64,000 nucleotides of DNA from Lepidodermella squamata (lineage: Eukaryota; Animalia; Gastrotricha), in assembly GCA_047495785.1 (NCBI GenBank), contig JBLDXI010000033.1, positions 620,001 through 684,000 of the forward strand, given 5' to 3'. Positions 37,801-50,700 of this stretch are shown one piece after another (position 1 is the stretch's first letter; every line of letters begins with the position of its first letter). The notes beneath the pieces are model-generated. The model saw nothing but the letters and a program-made list of their open reading frames with translations, was not told the origin of the DNA and searched no databases. The translations under genes and the position numbers were made by a program.

Positions 37801-40800
37801 AATTCGGTGGTCGTATAACGAGTAAAGCTTCAGTAAATGACTGTTATTTATCGATAGCAAACTATCGACGGATATATCGAGTTGTGTCGAGGTAGGTACG
37901 TGGAGGCATCGGACGATGGGGATTCGAGCGTTGATAGGCATTACGCAGGAGAATTCCGAAAACCGGCGTAACATCGCGGCGATGTGGTAGACGCGTTTCT
38001 TCGGTGATTTCGACTCGATCGGCGCTGATGCTTCTAAATTATACAACAATCGTTGTTGTTTGGGAGGGATTTCGCTAAGAACATCGTCTTCGTCGTTACC
38101 TAAAAATTGAATAAATGAAAAATATATTCGTATTCAGCGATCACTATGGCTATCATTTGAAGTGAAATTTAGCGAAATATATTACTGTCCAAATATTATA
38201 TAAATAAGGGGTCGAAAAATTACCGTATTCTTTTATGAATTTTTTATGAAGGGTTGGTTGATCTCAACTAACATGCGGGTCAAAAAGTTGTGCAAAATGC
38301 GGCCAATGAACCCAAATGTTCATCTCGTTTCGCGTGGTAATGATCTCCGTTCTATACAGGATACCTAATGGTTGGGAAAAGATATGTACATGTGATGAGA
38401 CAGCATCTAGTTTCCTGCTTGGAAGCTGGCATACTTATCGCGGATTTTCTACTACGACTATACCGACCCTAAATTCAATGGATCGGTGCCATTTTGGTCC
38501 ACGTATCATTAGAGTCATCGAAAGAATGGAGCCTATTTGCTCTAGCATATTCTCAAAATGCTCTTGGCATTTTTTAGCTTCGGTGACCAAGGTGAAGGAT
38601 AAGTATAAGGTGATTAACCGCACGCACAAAAATGCAACAGTAGTGGTTAGCAGGAGTTAGAAGAAACTGTTTCTAGCCTTCCCACACAGACCAAACTGGA
38701 ATTTATATACCAGGAAACTTTCTGTAAACTTGGCCCCTCACTCTCCAGATTTAGACTTCAAGATCCAATTCTGCTAAAATTGTCTCTACTAGCCATTGGA
38801 CTTCTTCATCTTTAAGGTTATGTGCTCGAAGATCTGAAAAAGTGCAACCCTGAGGCCATAGAAAAGGCAACCTCAAATGCTACGTAATGTCCATACAAAT
38901 TGGCTGAAGCGGCTTTACCTCTGTCTTTCACAAGGCGGAAACATTCCGAGCATATTTCGGGAAGAATGGATCCCGCGGTGTATATGGATCACGCGGCGGA
39001 TCTTGTTTAATTAGCTTACTTCGCTTTTGCTAGCAACAGCCTTCCTTTTTATTTCAAAAGGCTGTGTTAAATTGTTCGCCGAGGGGCTTAGCGTGCCAAT
39101 TAAGACGCTAACGGAGACTTTGGGTCTCGTGACATTTGGCATGATAGTGATTCTAGTCCAATGTCTATTACCAGCTTCGAATATATTATTCCATTTTCTC
39201 CGACTCGGTTTCGAATTATTTGTCGCGGATTTCTCCGTTCTAAGCACTAAATGAAACTACATTTTCGCTATTAGAATCAAGCCACTACAAACACCTCCAA
39301 CCCCACACACAGCATCAACACCGTCGGTCCCGTTGGCTGAAGACCCACCACCTCACAGCGCTTCGACTTATGACTTGTCTATCGTTTTGTAGCAATCTAT
39401 TTCAACTTTTATGAATTCTCAAAAAATCAAAATTAATTACTGATCCACTGGAGGCTTGGAAAGCACTCGCGTCGACCTTTCCCGACCGCCGCTGCGTTCG
39501 CTTCTGCTGTCTGCGATCAAGCTGCTGCCTGTCTTCGAACAGTTGCAGATCAGCCACGCCAGCTGGGCGTCACCACCGCTGGCGATCGTCACGGTCATCA
39601 CCGACCTGATTCCCAACTTCAAGGTAATTTGTACCTCTTTTCTATGTTCCTGATGTTTTCGTTATTTTTAGGTTGGTGATGCTCATTGTGGCATCGTGCC
39701 GGTTGCGGTCCGCAACACCATGTTGACGCTTCGAGACGACGCTGGCTTCTAATTCTATTTCAAAATGCTGCTCGGCGACATCCACGACCAGAGAAGCGTT
39801 TGAAGTCTTTTTCGACTACGACATGTGGCGCAGCCTTCCGAGCAGGCGAAGGCTATCATGGCCTCGCCTCTCGCCTCTGGATGCAGCGCCAACCGCCGCC
39901 GTCGCCGATCAGCACCGAAAACGTTTCAAGGTGGCCACCATCGCCGAACCAGTCCAGTGCTCTTCGTCGCCGATCGAAGCCGAGATGGCCGCGTTCATGG
40001 CCGCCGAGCCGCTCGCTGAACCGACGGCGCCCGAGGATGACTTCTCGCCCAATCGTGTCTCGTGGGGCGATTGCGCGCCCGTCTACGCCTGGTTCCGTAA
40101 GCATCGCGCAACATCCCCCGTTTTGCGATTTTAGTATTTTCCATTCCGGCGTCGTTTCCTAAGATTGAACGCGTTATTTCGTGTTCATCTTATACGCCGA
40201 CGCCAAAATCCTGCTAGAATTCGGCGCGACGTTCTTCTCAATCAGAATTTCGCCTACCTTCAGACGGCTGGAAAATTGCCATTTTCGCAGTGGCGATTCC
40301 ATTGAGGAAATTTCGCTCGGTTTTCTGTTTTTATTTTCTGGCTAAATTCTAAGCATTTTTCCGCCACATTTTTCCAATTTTAGTCCGTGTTGTGCGGTGC
40401 TTGCGTTTCACGGATCAGTGTTATATAATCGTTGCGCTTCTTCATTTTATTCTATAGTATTCTATTATATTGTTATATAAGCGCTGAATTCGCAAAGCAA
40501 TTTGTTTTGCGTTAAAATAAAAATGGGCGGTTTTCTAAATGTTGTGTTTTGATTTTTTCTGAGGTTTAAGTTTTGTTTTGGTTTTCAGTTTTGTTTTGTT
40601 TTGAATCAAAACAAAAGAATATTTCAGGATTTGATTTAAATTTTCAAAACATTCCAAAATTTTCTTTGGAATTTTCTCGTTTAGATTTTAACAGTTTTGC
40701 TTTGACCAAGTTTTATTTGAACAAGCCTTTGAGATATCAAATGAAAATGAAAATAGCTTTGGCAGATTTTTTGGAATTTTCCTAATTAGTGAAACACTTG

Positions 40801-43800
40801 TGCGGGTCGAAAATCGTCCTAGTCGATCATTTTAGCTTTTTTATGGAAAATTCTCCTCGGTTCTATATTTGTTTTGTTCAGTATTGAACATTTGTCAAAA
40901 TAAATCCGTGCATTATCAAGCAAATTCTGACCTTTTGTAGTGGACGCCTGAACACAGTACAAATCGATAAGATGAGCCGGTAGAAGAGATTCAACATTGA
41001 ACAGCAGCACGAGATCAACATCAGACGACCGCAGGCCAAGGGTTGAGACCTTCGAGCCAAACAACGCCGCTCGACACGCGTGATTTCTTGTCAATCGATT
41101 GACCAGCGTTTCAATTCGCAACGCAACTTGCTTCGCAGTTTCAATTGACTCGGGTAGTAAACCGATTTCAGAGGAAATCGCAACAATTTGACTGGATAAA
41201 TCGCCGGAATTTTCGACTTTTCTCGCTAGATTCTCGTCGTACTCCGGAAGAGTCGATGATTTCAGGTTTTTAAACTGCTCTTCTTTCTCTTGCTGCCGTT
41301 TTCGAAACGCTTGATCGGTGTTTTGCAGCTGCTGGGGCGTCGAGTGGCGGCATAGGCGGACGAAAATTGGAAATTGGAAATTCCCAACTTGGACGATTTG
41401 CCGTGATTGCGCGATCGCTTGATCGACATGCGATTTGTCAGCAAATTCCACAAACGCAAAACATCGCTAATAAAATAAAGGAATTAAAATAAACAAGACT
41501 TTCGAAAAAGGCTCAAGAGCCGGATTTCTATGACTAAAAGTCGCTTTTTCCCAATTTTAAATGTATTTTTTCATGGCGGTTGAAGGTGTTCGATTCTTCG
41601 GTCTATTTTCTATTAGCCATGATATGGGAATTTTCCCTTTGATCTTGCCATTTCATTTCGTTTAATTTTAGAACATCACGGTTACTTGTTTTACACGTTA
41701 CTCGTTACTCAACCTACACGTTTTACCCACGATTTGTACGATTTTACCTGCAGTTTTACCATTCACTATAGCTAAGAATGACCGGCCTATACGCCGTAAC
41801 TGGATCGAGGCCTTGTTCGGCGATCGAGCCTTGAGCGAGGGGAAGATCATGGATCGTGGCGAGCAGCTCGCGACGGTTGATCTGAAAGTCTACGAGTTTG
41901 AGTACCTTAATGGTAGTGTTAAGACAAAAGTTCTAACGTTAATTAAGAAATAATGTTAACCTCTAGATCGATGTATGTCATATATGTAAGGATTTTAAAA
42001 CGGCCGATTCGAATGCCAAATGTTACCTGCACTCACAATAATATCTATCTGCACTGAACAATGGCAACGGAAGAACAAGCCGGACCTTCAACTTTTCACC
42101 AGCCTTTACGATGAGAGGTTGGAAGGGTTGGAAGCAACAATTGGCTTGATATTATTCAACAAATCAACAAGGGAGATATTATTCATCCTGATCAACCAAA
42201 AAACAAAAACGTTTTCCACCCGCTAAATTTGAAAAATTGTATTTTCAGTGCCAGAAGTATCTTTGAAATCATTCGACTACTCCTCCTTCGAGGCCTTCCT
42301 TACGTATAATTTCGAAACTCATTTAGCATTTTTAGCATTTTTACATCTCCGTCGAGCTTGCGGGTCGAAAAATCACGGTTCGGTCTACGATATTCGAGTG
42401 AATTACGACTCGCATCGGCATCCACAATGCTGAACAGAATCGAGAAAAGCCGCCTTATTAACGAACTTAGCAAAACGAATGACAACTTGATTCATTATCT
42501 GATCGAGTCCCTGTTGAAGCCTGGTCGGCCATTCGACGAGTTGCAAATGGATAAAAAAGAATTTCGAAAATTCATTTGCGCGTTTGGTGGGATCTATGAT
42601 ATGATGGTTAGCTTAACATCGTCTGTCAGTTGTCGTCTGACAGCGCGTTTAATTTCAAGGAAACGAAGCAGCAGCTAAAATCAGAAGCTGAGAAAAAGGT
42701 TTGTTTTATCTTTGGCCAATTTCAATAAAGATACAAATAAGCTGTTTTTTGCAATAGGATGAAGAGATGAAACAGGCTTCAATAAAGGTTTTCCAACCCC
42801 ACGCGCCCCCGAAGTTCCGAGTCTCGAGGACTTGGCCGTCGAAGCTGCACGAGCAACCGCCGTCGAATGAGCCGAACGGCAGGGCAGAGTCGAGCTCACC
42901 CTTCGCGAGGCAAACGCCACCGTCGTCGCTCACCTCGATTCTAGTCCGCCTCGTAGGATCAGCTTATACCACTATATCACCAGGGCGGCTGGCGATGACC
43001 CTCAGCCTATGTGGGCGGCGCTCAAGGCGCACTTCGAACGGACCTCGGCTGCCACTGAGTCGAGGCTCGTAGCTCGTTTCCACAGCTTCGCCATGGCCCC
43101 GGGGGCCACCCTCGCTGCGCACTTGCGCGATTTTGCCCAGCTGCTCCAGACGCTGGAAAACGCTGGAATGTCCATCGAGGAGCGAATGAAGCGAGCTGCC
43201 CTTTTTCACTCCCTACCACCTAGTTTAGGAAATATGCAAACGATGTTGGAGAATCGTATCCCGCCGCCGACAGTCGCCGAGATCTAGCAGGCACTAATGA
43301 TCTTTGGGAGCACCCTAGGAGGAGATGTTGAGAAATCGTAGGGGACACGTATAACCAGAATCTCTCCCGGAGATCCAGCGGAGATCCTCATGAGCCGAGG
43401 AGTTCTATCTCGCCACTCTGAACTTCCATCGCGCACTTATCAAATCGGCACTCACTATGGAGCCCAGCTTGGTCACGCATCTCAAAGTCTGATATTACTA
43501 GGGTAACTAGGCTACAAGTCTAAGACACTAAATCTACCATAGCACGCAGACACGGCCGGAGTGCTAGGAATGTCTGGACTACCAAGCATTGAAGGCGATT
43601 TGCTACCCTCCGAGTGATCGCGAGTAACCGGGAGTTCTTTCATTCCCTTCGCAGCTAAATTTTTATCACTGAAGTCTTTTGTCTTTGAAATTTCTCCTTT
43701 TGTGTGCGAGCTTCGATCCTTTTCATTTAATTAGTAGGGAGAATTCTTTAGGAGAGTGGGAGAAAAAGTTGGGAGATCGGGAACGCCGATTTAATTCAGA

Positions 43801-45810
43801 ATAAAAATTTAATTCAGAATATAGAAAATAAGGTAAAAGTCCACTCAGATTCTGGAGAAGGATAAACATTTATTTAATTTAACTCATCTTATATAGGATC
43901 AAAGCCATTAGCCTAATACCTTAATGGCCATTAGCCACTAATCTTTTATACACGACAAAGCAATAAAAGTTAAGTCAAATCCATATGACGCAAATCGTGG
44001 GCGATTATTTCCAACACACCCCCTCGAACTCGATTGCGGTCATAGTCGTATTTCATCTACATGTGGCAAGAGTGGTGCAGTCGGTACAGTGGTGCAGTCA
44101 GAGTAGTTACATCGACATAGCGGCTTCAAGAACAAAATTTCATACACCCCCTCGAGCGTCATATTGGTTATGGAATAATTCCATTTCCAAAGTTGATTCA
44201 ATATCGTCGAGAATGCCGTGACAGGTTCAAAGAAACCATAGCAACTAAGACCATAAGTCTTTCATAGGAGGGAAATGAGATTCGTTCACCAAGACGATCC
44301 TCAATGGGTATAATTTCAACCCGTACCGGAACATCAGCTTCAAGCTCTTAGTTCCAAAGAAAATCCCGTAGTGCTGTTTATGCAATTCGCATGTATGAAC
44401 CTTGGCGCCCAAGCTATAATCGTAACCGCATCTCGAGATCAAGCGATCAAACAACATTAGTTTGGCTTGCATTGTTACTGTAGAACAAATTGACAGCTCG
44501 ATAGATTTTGGGGTTGTTAAACACTGCTTGACGTATAAACTTATAACTGTCGCAGATTGACTTCCAACGTTAGCTGAGTGCTGAAGTTTCCAATTCAATT
44601 GGCAAATAACCAGGCAATTAGGAAAGCTGACAAAGTAGCTCCCATAAAATCGGTTCCTTCCATCTGAAGAATCCGAGAATTCGCCAGGAGAGAATATTCT
44701 CAACAAATCCCGGCTACCATGAGGACTTACATCCACTGCCTCAGGATCAATACAGCGGGTTTACCAGACCATTGCTGTAGACAAACTTGCCAGTAGTGTT
44801 GCCAAGGACAACGAAAACATTTCGAAACTCTACGTTCATTGAAGATACGCCTAGATACGTTTAATAACTACTAGGGCATGGAAGTTATGCTACAGTGGAA
44901 TCCAGTCGCGGCCTGGGCCCATAACCTGTTGAAAACTATAAGTCAGACCGCGACTAAGAGACGTTTATTCGACTCAAAACTTGAGCTTATATAGGCTCAA
45001 AGCCATTAGCCTAATACCTTAATGGCCATTAGCCACTAATCTTTTATACACGACAAAGCAATAAAAGTTAAGTCAAATCCATATGACGCAAATCGTGGGC
45101 GATTATTTCCAACAATATCGTTGACAAGTCTCTATCAAGTCATAGAGATGATTCATAACAGTTGAAATTGAGGAAAAAATCTTTTAATTTAAAGGCCCGG
45201 CCCCGGCAATTGATAGTTCAAGCCAACTGAGATGAACATTTTACAATTTACCCTGTTTCAAAAGGGTATTTAAGGCAATTTGCAAATCTTACTCACCTCG
45301 GCAAAGTATTTCACACGGCTGACATCGCCAAATGCGCTAAAATGGTCCTCCAAGGCTAACTGGGACAAGCGTTCGAAGGTCGGTCGATCGCCACTCACGT
45401 AAATGGTCCGATCTTCTCGCCGGTGGGAACTCTCCAACCGAGCCAACATTTGCTGGTGCCGCTTGCCTTGCACATGTTGCTGATACGATTCTGAAATTAA
45501 TTTCCAAATTTGCTGAAAAGCTCATTTTTAGGATTTATCAAAGAAACTAATTATGTTTCCTGCTTTTCTTGAAATTTTGAAAAACATCAAAATCGATGAA
45601 AAAAATAATAAATTCAGGCTTGAAAAATTTCATCCGGGTTTTCTCGCAAAAGATCAAGTGTTCACCATCTCAAGCACTTGCTTCGATTTTCTCACCACCA
45701 TTTTTCAGTCTTCAATAACCTTGATTCTGGCATGCAGCATTGCAGATGGTACAAGTCACCCCTGGTCCGCTAGTCTTCACAGCTACCGAGCCAGCAACAG
45801 CGCCTTTCAT
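28876..45810 (-). CDS. TUT1: Terminal uridylyltransferase 1 / Star-PAP (U6 snRNA TUTase)
   Basis: Exons 45810-45720, 45490-45297, 41466-40932, 38099-37138, 32208-31816 and 29514-28876 join in frame. Matrin-type Zn finger (CTIC...HVQGKRH), RRM (TIYVSG, CFAFVEF), NTase (FGSKVSTLGLRSSDVDL, ARIPIVR, LDIS), PAP-associated region (VQDPIELVRNV) and a KA1-like C-terminus. Confidence 0.88.
33160..33373. mobile_element. Small degenerate MITE, possibly PIF/Harbinger (Tourist-like)
   Basis: Inverted ends TCGCACAAATCACTAC / GTAGAGATTTGTGCGA. Internal TGAGCA/TGCTCA repeats. The right end GGCT is followed by TTA. Confidence 0.45.
33390..33880 (+). pseudogene. Internally deleted PIF/Harbinger transposon remnant: spliced MADF (Myb-like) domain abutting the transposase C-terminus
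   Basis: Removing a 55-nt GT-AG intron (33456-33510) gives LIKLGEAAPSIWCPQDRYYMDHQRKLQIWDEIGDSLG...AAWCRLRKFY...WPHFEEMKFL (MADF pattern). An adjacent frame reads EGAWRD...QRDLLKKYFISDHGSVYWQ (Harbinger transposase tail pattern). Confidence 0.75.
33975..34242. repeat. Dispersed GTACA(G)/CTGTAC motif array
   Basis: More than a dozen GTAC-centred motifs in both orientations within 270 bp, bounded by GTACAC(A/G)AGAGTACAG copies. Confidence 0.65.
34361..34407 (+). repeat. Short tandem repeat (GACGCGACGATA-like, ~3.5 copies)
   Basis: cgacgcgacgattgcgacgcgacgatagacgcgacgatagacgcgac. Confidence 0.75.
34785..35818 (+). CDS. Nested antisense gene in a TUT1 intron: PB1 domain plus Myb/SANT-like region
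   Basis: Exons 34785-35118, 35343-35698 and 35810-35818 join in frame. PB1 features include a basic IVKV strand and an acidic OPCA-like WHDGDHFVIIDDDDDLLLAF. Exon 2 has a helical EVPLLKAV...FHQILKEM...RTVTNVMSKMNQYR segment resembling trihelix Myb domains. Confidence 0.55.
35828..36199 (+). CDS. C2H2/C2HC zinc finger ORF, in frame with the preceding PB1 unit after a single TAA
   Basis: RKCRLCDKTFFDSSGLKKHLQLYC and basic NLS-like stretches. Confidence 0.5.
   Translation: MAAMELDETTAESELRLTRSEWLELEKSKKKTSRSLRVKGQRRVMGKFVGKKPHRIGFRRKCRLCDKTFFDSSGLKKHLQLYCKKTGSLALTEKEIEELIYWSKKNYFVKQNEAPKRRSSMKN
39440..40230 (+). pseudogene. Degenerate intron-containing hAT transposase, C-terminal part
   Basis: LLSAIKLLPVFEQLQ...PLAIV, intron 39624-39671, in-frame stops, then VYAWFRKHRATSPVL and (frameshifted) SIPASFPKIERVIS. 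This matches the hAT dimerisation motif PL.WW...P.L...LSIPATSA.SERVFS. Confidence 0.7.
42960..43287 (+). pseudogene. Ty1/copia gag (UBN2-type) fragment
   Basis: MWAALKAHFE...RLVARFHSFAMAPGATLAAHLRDFAQLLQTLENAGMSIEE...LFHSLPPSL fits the copia gag consensus. It is followed by purine tract AGGAGGAGA and TGTTG at 43326, a possible 3' LTR start. Confidence 0.75.
43888..45114 (-). mobile_element. Non-autonomous Ty1/copia-type LTR element (TRIM-like)
   Basis: Complete 188-bp LTR at 44927-45114 (TGTTG...CAACA). Near-identical 129-bp partial LTR at 43888-44016. PBS GGTTATGGGCCCAG at 44926-44913. PPT CGAGGGGGTG immediately before the second LTR. No gag-pol recognised inside. Confidence 0.88.
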
Positions 45811-47795
45811 AAATTACCTCAGCCACTTGATATATTGAAAAAATAGAAAAATCCCTAAAAATTGAAGTAAAATTTTTACCGACTTTCGGATTTTTATTTC
45901 TCAACTTTTTTGTTACGCTTTCTCGTCATTCATAACACACTGTATTTTATCATCATCAATGAAGAAGAAGAGATATTAGAAAGAGAAAAAAACAAGAAAA
46001 CGAGTCATATACGCGCATTGATTGACCCGGCGCCACAGTTTACCAATTTTTCGCAATAAGAATTTTTAGCGATATTCAAATCTATAGAATATTATTTATA
46101 ATAATATTATCATAGCAATGTTATCGACAAAAAAAACGATTTTTTCGAAGAATAATGATAATGATATTCGATATTTAATTACAGCTAGCTTTACACGTAG
46201 CGCGCTCTGTGATGACAATATATACGGTATAACTGTTCGGATAAGAAGACGAGAAAAATCAAGTTCCTCTATATTTATCATGATATTTCTGTACAAATAT
46301 TTTCCGTGCAAAAATGAATGAATGAACGAATAAATTCCTGGTTTCTTTTTTGCCACCACGCGCCTACGCACAGAGAAAACGGGAGACCATTGTCGTATAG
46401 GATATTACATATTGCATCGCCACTAGTTGTGATTTGTTTACCTTCGACCATGATCATCCATTTTTCAACCTCCATCAAAATAGCACATTGTTTTGGCTCG
46501 AAAATGTTCCGTTGAAAATAACTAGAAATTACTTTTTAGCGAAGAGAGATGCTCAATGCCATCCATTTTCTTCTCGAGATGCTACTAGCGGTTACAATAA
46601 TAAATTGATAAGATTAGAAGCAATAATATAACAATAACAACCATCATCGTTGTTGATTTTCTATTCCTCGCATCGAAAAAAGTTTCGTATAACAAAAACC
46701 AAACTTTACACGCACACCGAAGTCACTAGCAATGTATCTGATAATTTTAGCAAGTTTTATCATTATCATCGATCGAGAAAAAAACAGAAAAAATGTGCCC
46801 GTTCGAGAATTTCCATTCCAATTATTAAGTATATAAGGTATTGTTAAATTTAACCTTAACAGCCTATCAAACTCGCCTTTTCAAGGCAAATGAGTGCGAA
46901 AAATACTGAAAGCGATCGATTTCAGACCCGAGCTCTACGAGAACAATCTTTGGTCGAGTTCGAATTTTCATTTTTTGGCGCTCGAATGTGCGAACACAGG
47001 TTAACAACCGATTATTATCATCCTCATATTTTTTTAGTTCGCTTATCATTTCGCAGCAGTAGTAGAGACTGGGGTTTTTATTTTCGGCTTGATTTATCGC
47101 GCTATTTTTTTTCACATAATTTCTGGCAAGAACAACAACAGAACAAATCAAATCAAAATGAGACGAGAGTCACAATAAACTCAAACAACAATAAGCGAGA
47201 GAAGACGCAATCTTATCATTGTATGTATTACGAATAATGATATGAATGAATGATACGAATGCATTTAGAAAAGCTATAATTGATATAATTTTTATTCGTA
47301 TAATATAAAGAATTGCCACGCTTAGACTTACAAGCTTTCGCAGGATTTTTTCGAGTGGAAAATATAAGCATTAATTACGGTATAATAATAACGGTAATAA
47401 TTGATGAAAATTCCGGAAATATGAATAAGTAGTAAGAATAAGAATAATTACACCTGTGTGATAAATTTTCCTCATCATAATTATATATAGAAGAGATGCC
47501 ATGAGATGCGATAATCGATACCTTCTTTTTCATAAAAAACAAAAGAAAAATTGTTCTCTCTCATTTATTACATAACGGCACTAGAATGTTTTCACGAGAA
47601 GAAGAACTGGAGAAGAAGATGAAAATCGGCTTTTCATTTTTTCGAAACAGCAGTGTGCGTGTCCATCAATTTTGTAATAAAGAATCTGCTCTTTTCATCA
47701 TACGCTATATCTATATAGGTATAGTAACTTTGTTACACAGTATAACACAGCCGATGGGTTGTTTGGTAGTAGTTTCCGAGGGAGGAGGGTGACCG

Positions 47796-50700
47796 TTACG
47801 AAAGCCAAGGTTGTTGCTGCGGAACGAACTCCTGGTGTTGCGGAGGCGCGCCCATGTACTCGCCTGGGTACCCAGGACCGGGTGCATAGCCGTAACCAGC
47901 CATGGCCGGGTCGGCGCCAGGCGGCAGACCGCCGTACATGGCGTCGGGCAGTTGAGGCTGAAGGCCGGGCTGGCCGCCGGCCTGTTGCGCTGCCGCTTGT
48001 TGTTGAGCCAATTGCTGCATTTGTTGTTGGTACAAGAAGTCGGCTTGCTGCTGTTGCTGCGCCGCTAGCACCGCGGGGTCTTGACTACCAGGCGAGCCGG
48101 GTGGAACGTTGAGAAATTGCTGCTCCAACACCTGTTGCTCGTAAAATTGAGGTGGCATGTCCTAAAAAAAGCGAGAAAAATATTTAAATTTAAAATCTGA
48201 AAATTCGACCTTAACAAATTGAGAATTTTTAAAACTTTCAAATATTAAAAGAATAACAAGAAATTTATTGCTATCAATTTAGAAAATTCAAAAAGCGCGA
48301 AATATTTGTGAAAATTGTAAAAAATGTGCTGAAAACACCAAAATTTCGCCTTAAAAATAATTGTAAATCCTAGAAATTTACCCCAGGCATAGGCGGGTAC
48401 ATTTGCTGTTGCGGGTCGAATCGCATTTCGTAAGGTTGAGGAGGGCCGGGTTGAGGCGGTCCCATAAGTAACCGCCGGCCGGGATTCTGTTGTTGTTGAT
48501 GGGCGAGGGCAGACATGAGCTCGGGGTTACCTTTTAAAATGAACCATCATAAAAACGAGTAATTCAAGTCATTTCGGGCTTTTACCGTAAGATTCTTCGA
48601 GGAATTGCTGTTCTCTCTGCATTTGCTGCGCCGCAAGTTGTTGTTGCATCTGTTGCTGCGCGTGGCCATGCATCGGGCCGCCCATCGGTGGACCACCAGG
48701 TTGCCCCGGTTGACCAGGCGCCCCGCCCGGAGGCTGATTCGGCCCGCCCTGGCCCGCCGGTAGATAGTGAACCGTACCGCCGGTTTCGCGCTGTTGAATA
48801 TGCACGTTGCCGAGGTGAGGTGGTAGTCGATGGTGGGGACCGCCCGGTTGCTGAGGTCCACCGGGTGGCCCTTGACCGGGTCCTCCTGGGTAACCAGCAC
48901 CCATCTAAAAAAAGATGAAATAACGTAAAAATATAGAAGAAATTAGGATATTTAGCTTACCATTTGAGGGTTCATTTGATCGGGAGGCATCATGAAGCCT
49001 TGCGAGTTGGGTCCGTTGTCGAAGGGCGGCATCATGCCCGGGTCGCCGCCCATCTGCGCTATCCGCTGCTGGTGCATCAGCATCTCCTGGTGTTGCTGCT
49101 GCTGCAAGAACATCGGATCGACGGGGCCGCCCTTGCCGCCGGGCGCGCCATGAGACAGGCGGCCTGACTCGCGTGGGCCGCCCGGTCCGTACATGGCGTT
49201 CGGAGGAAGACGATTTTGCTGCTGCTGCTGCAGTAGCATCTGATGCATGGCGATGGGGGAATGTACTTGTTGCATCAGCTGCTGCTGCTCGGCCGCGCCC
49301 AGGTCGTCGCGGTACGCCGCGTTCAGCTGCCGCGTGATTATCAGCTCCTGCGCGTCGATGTCCGCTAGCGCGGATAGCTGGCGAGGGGATGGCACCGTTT
49401 GTAACCGCGGAGGGTGTTGCTGCTGCATCGCCATTGCCTGAAAAACATACCATCAAAAAGTTAATAAATCGGCAAAAAATTGAGCAAAATTCAACGGAAA
49501 ATTCGATATCAGTCCAAATAAAAACTAGAAATTTCCAGGCTACTCGAAACTTTTTAACTGGGTCATTTGGATCTATTGACTTGAAAAACTCGAAAACCAA
49601 CAAGTTATAGCGTAAAATAGAAAGATCCATTGGTAATGCTTAATAAAGGAAAATTCGAATTCAATTTTGGGAAAATCTAGAAGCAGAACCTCAAATTCTG
49701 TGCTAGAACATAAATTAAAATAAAATTTCCAATTTTCACAATTTTTTATTGACACTTGAAATGAAATACCGTGGTTGCAGGTGCGCTCAAGTCCACACAA
49801 AAATCAGTACGAAAATAACGCGTTAACATTTTCCAGCGTTTCGATATCAACATGAATAGCAACAAAATCGCCTTTCAAACTTCAAAAAAGGGAATTTTGG
49901 CAAGAATTGATAAGCTCAAGTGGATTATCATAGCGCATAGCAGACATTTAGCTAGTAAATCTCGGCGTTATATAGTGTCGCCAAAAAATCATGAAGGGCT
50001 TCGTCGAGTCCCACAATATTTAAACTAGAGAATCCCTCAAAGCCTAGGTCAAATTTCAATGACGAAATTCTGGAATTATGACGAAACAGTTAAACTTTTA
50101 TTGAAACTTCCTAGTTTTTGCCCATTGAAATCTTTAATGCTCTTTTTACTCACCTGATGCTGATGTTGATGCGCTGCCACCATTGCCGCGTTGTTCGCCG
50201 CAACGAGATTCGCTGCTTTCGACTCGGCATTTGCCTTCGACTTTTTCGTCGCCCGTTTCGGCTTTTTCGTCGGCGGTTGGTCACCCGCCGGCCCGTTTGG
50301 CCGACCCGAGTTGGGCGGCGGGCCCGGCATCATGCCCATGGGAAAGCCGCCCGGGTGCTGCCCAGGCATCATACCCATCGGCGGGCCACCAGGCATGCCC
50401 GGGCCCTGAAACCCGGGCGGGAATGGCGAGGGGTAGCGAGGTCCACCAGGCGAGGCGATGTGCGGCGGCCGGAACATTTGCCCGGTCGCCGGGTCGACGA
50501 AGAACCCGTTCGGGTCCATGAGCGCCCCGTCAGGCGGGTGCATAGGGCCCATCATCGGGAAGCCGCCCGGGCCGCCCATCATCGCCTCGGGTGGCATGTT
50601 GCCCGCCATCATCATGCGCCGCTTGTGTTCGTGCTCCAACCGCAGTCGGTTGTTGATATCGCCAGGCATGAGACCGGGGCTGTTCGGGCCACCCGGCATG

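Noticed and set aside
38300-39260. Possible transposase remnant in TUT1 intron 3
   Set aside because: Coding-like composition but no motif I could assign with confidence.
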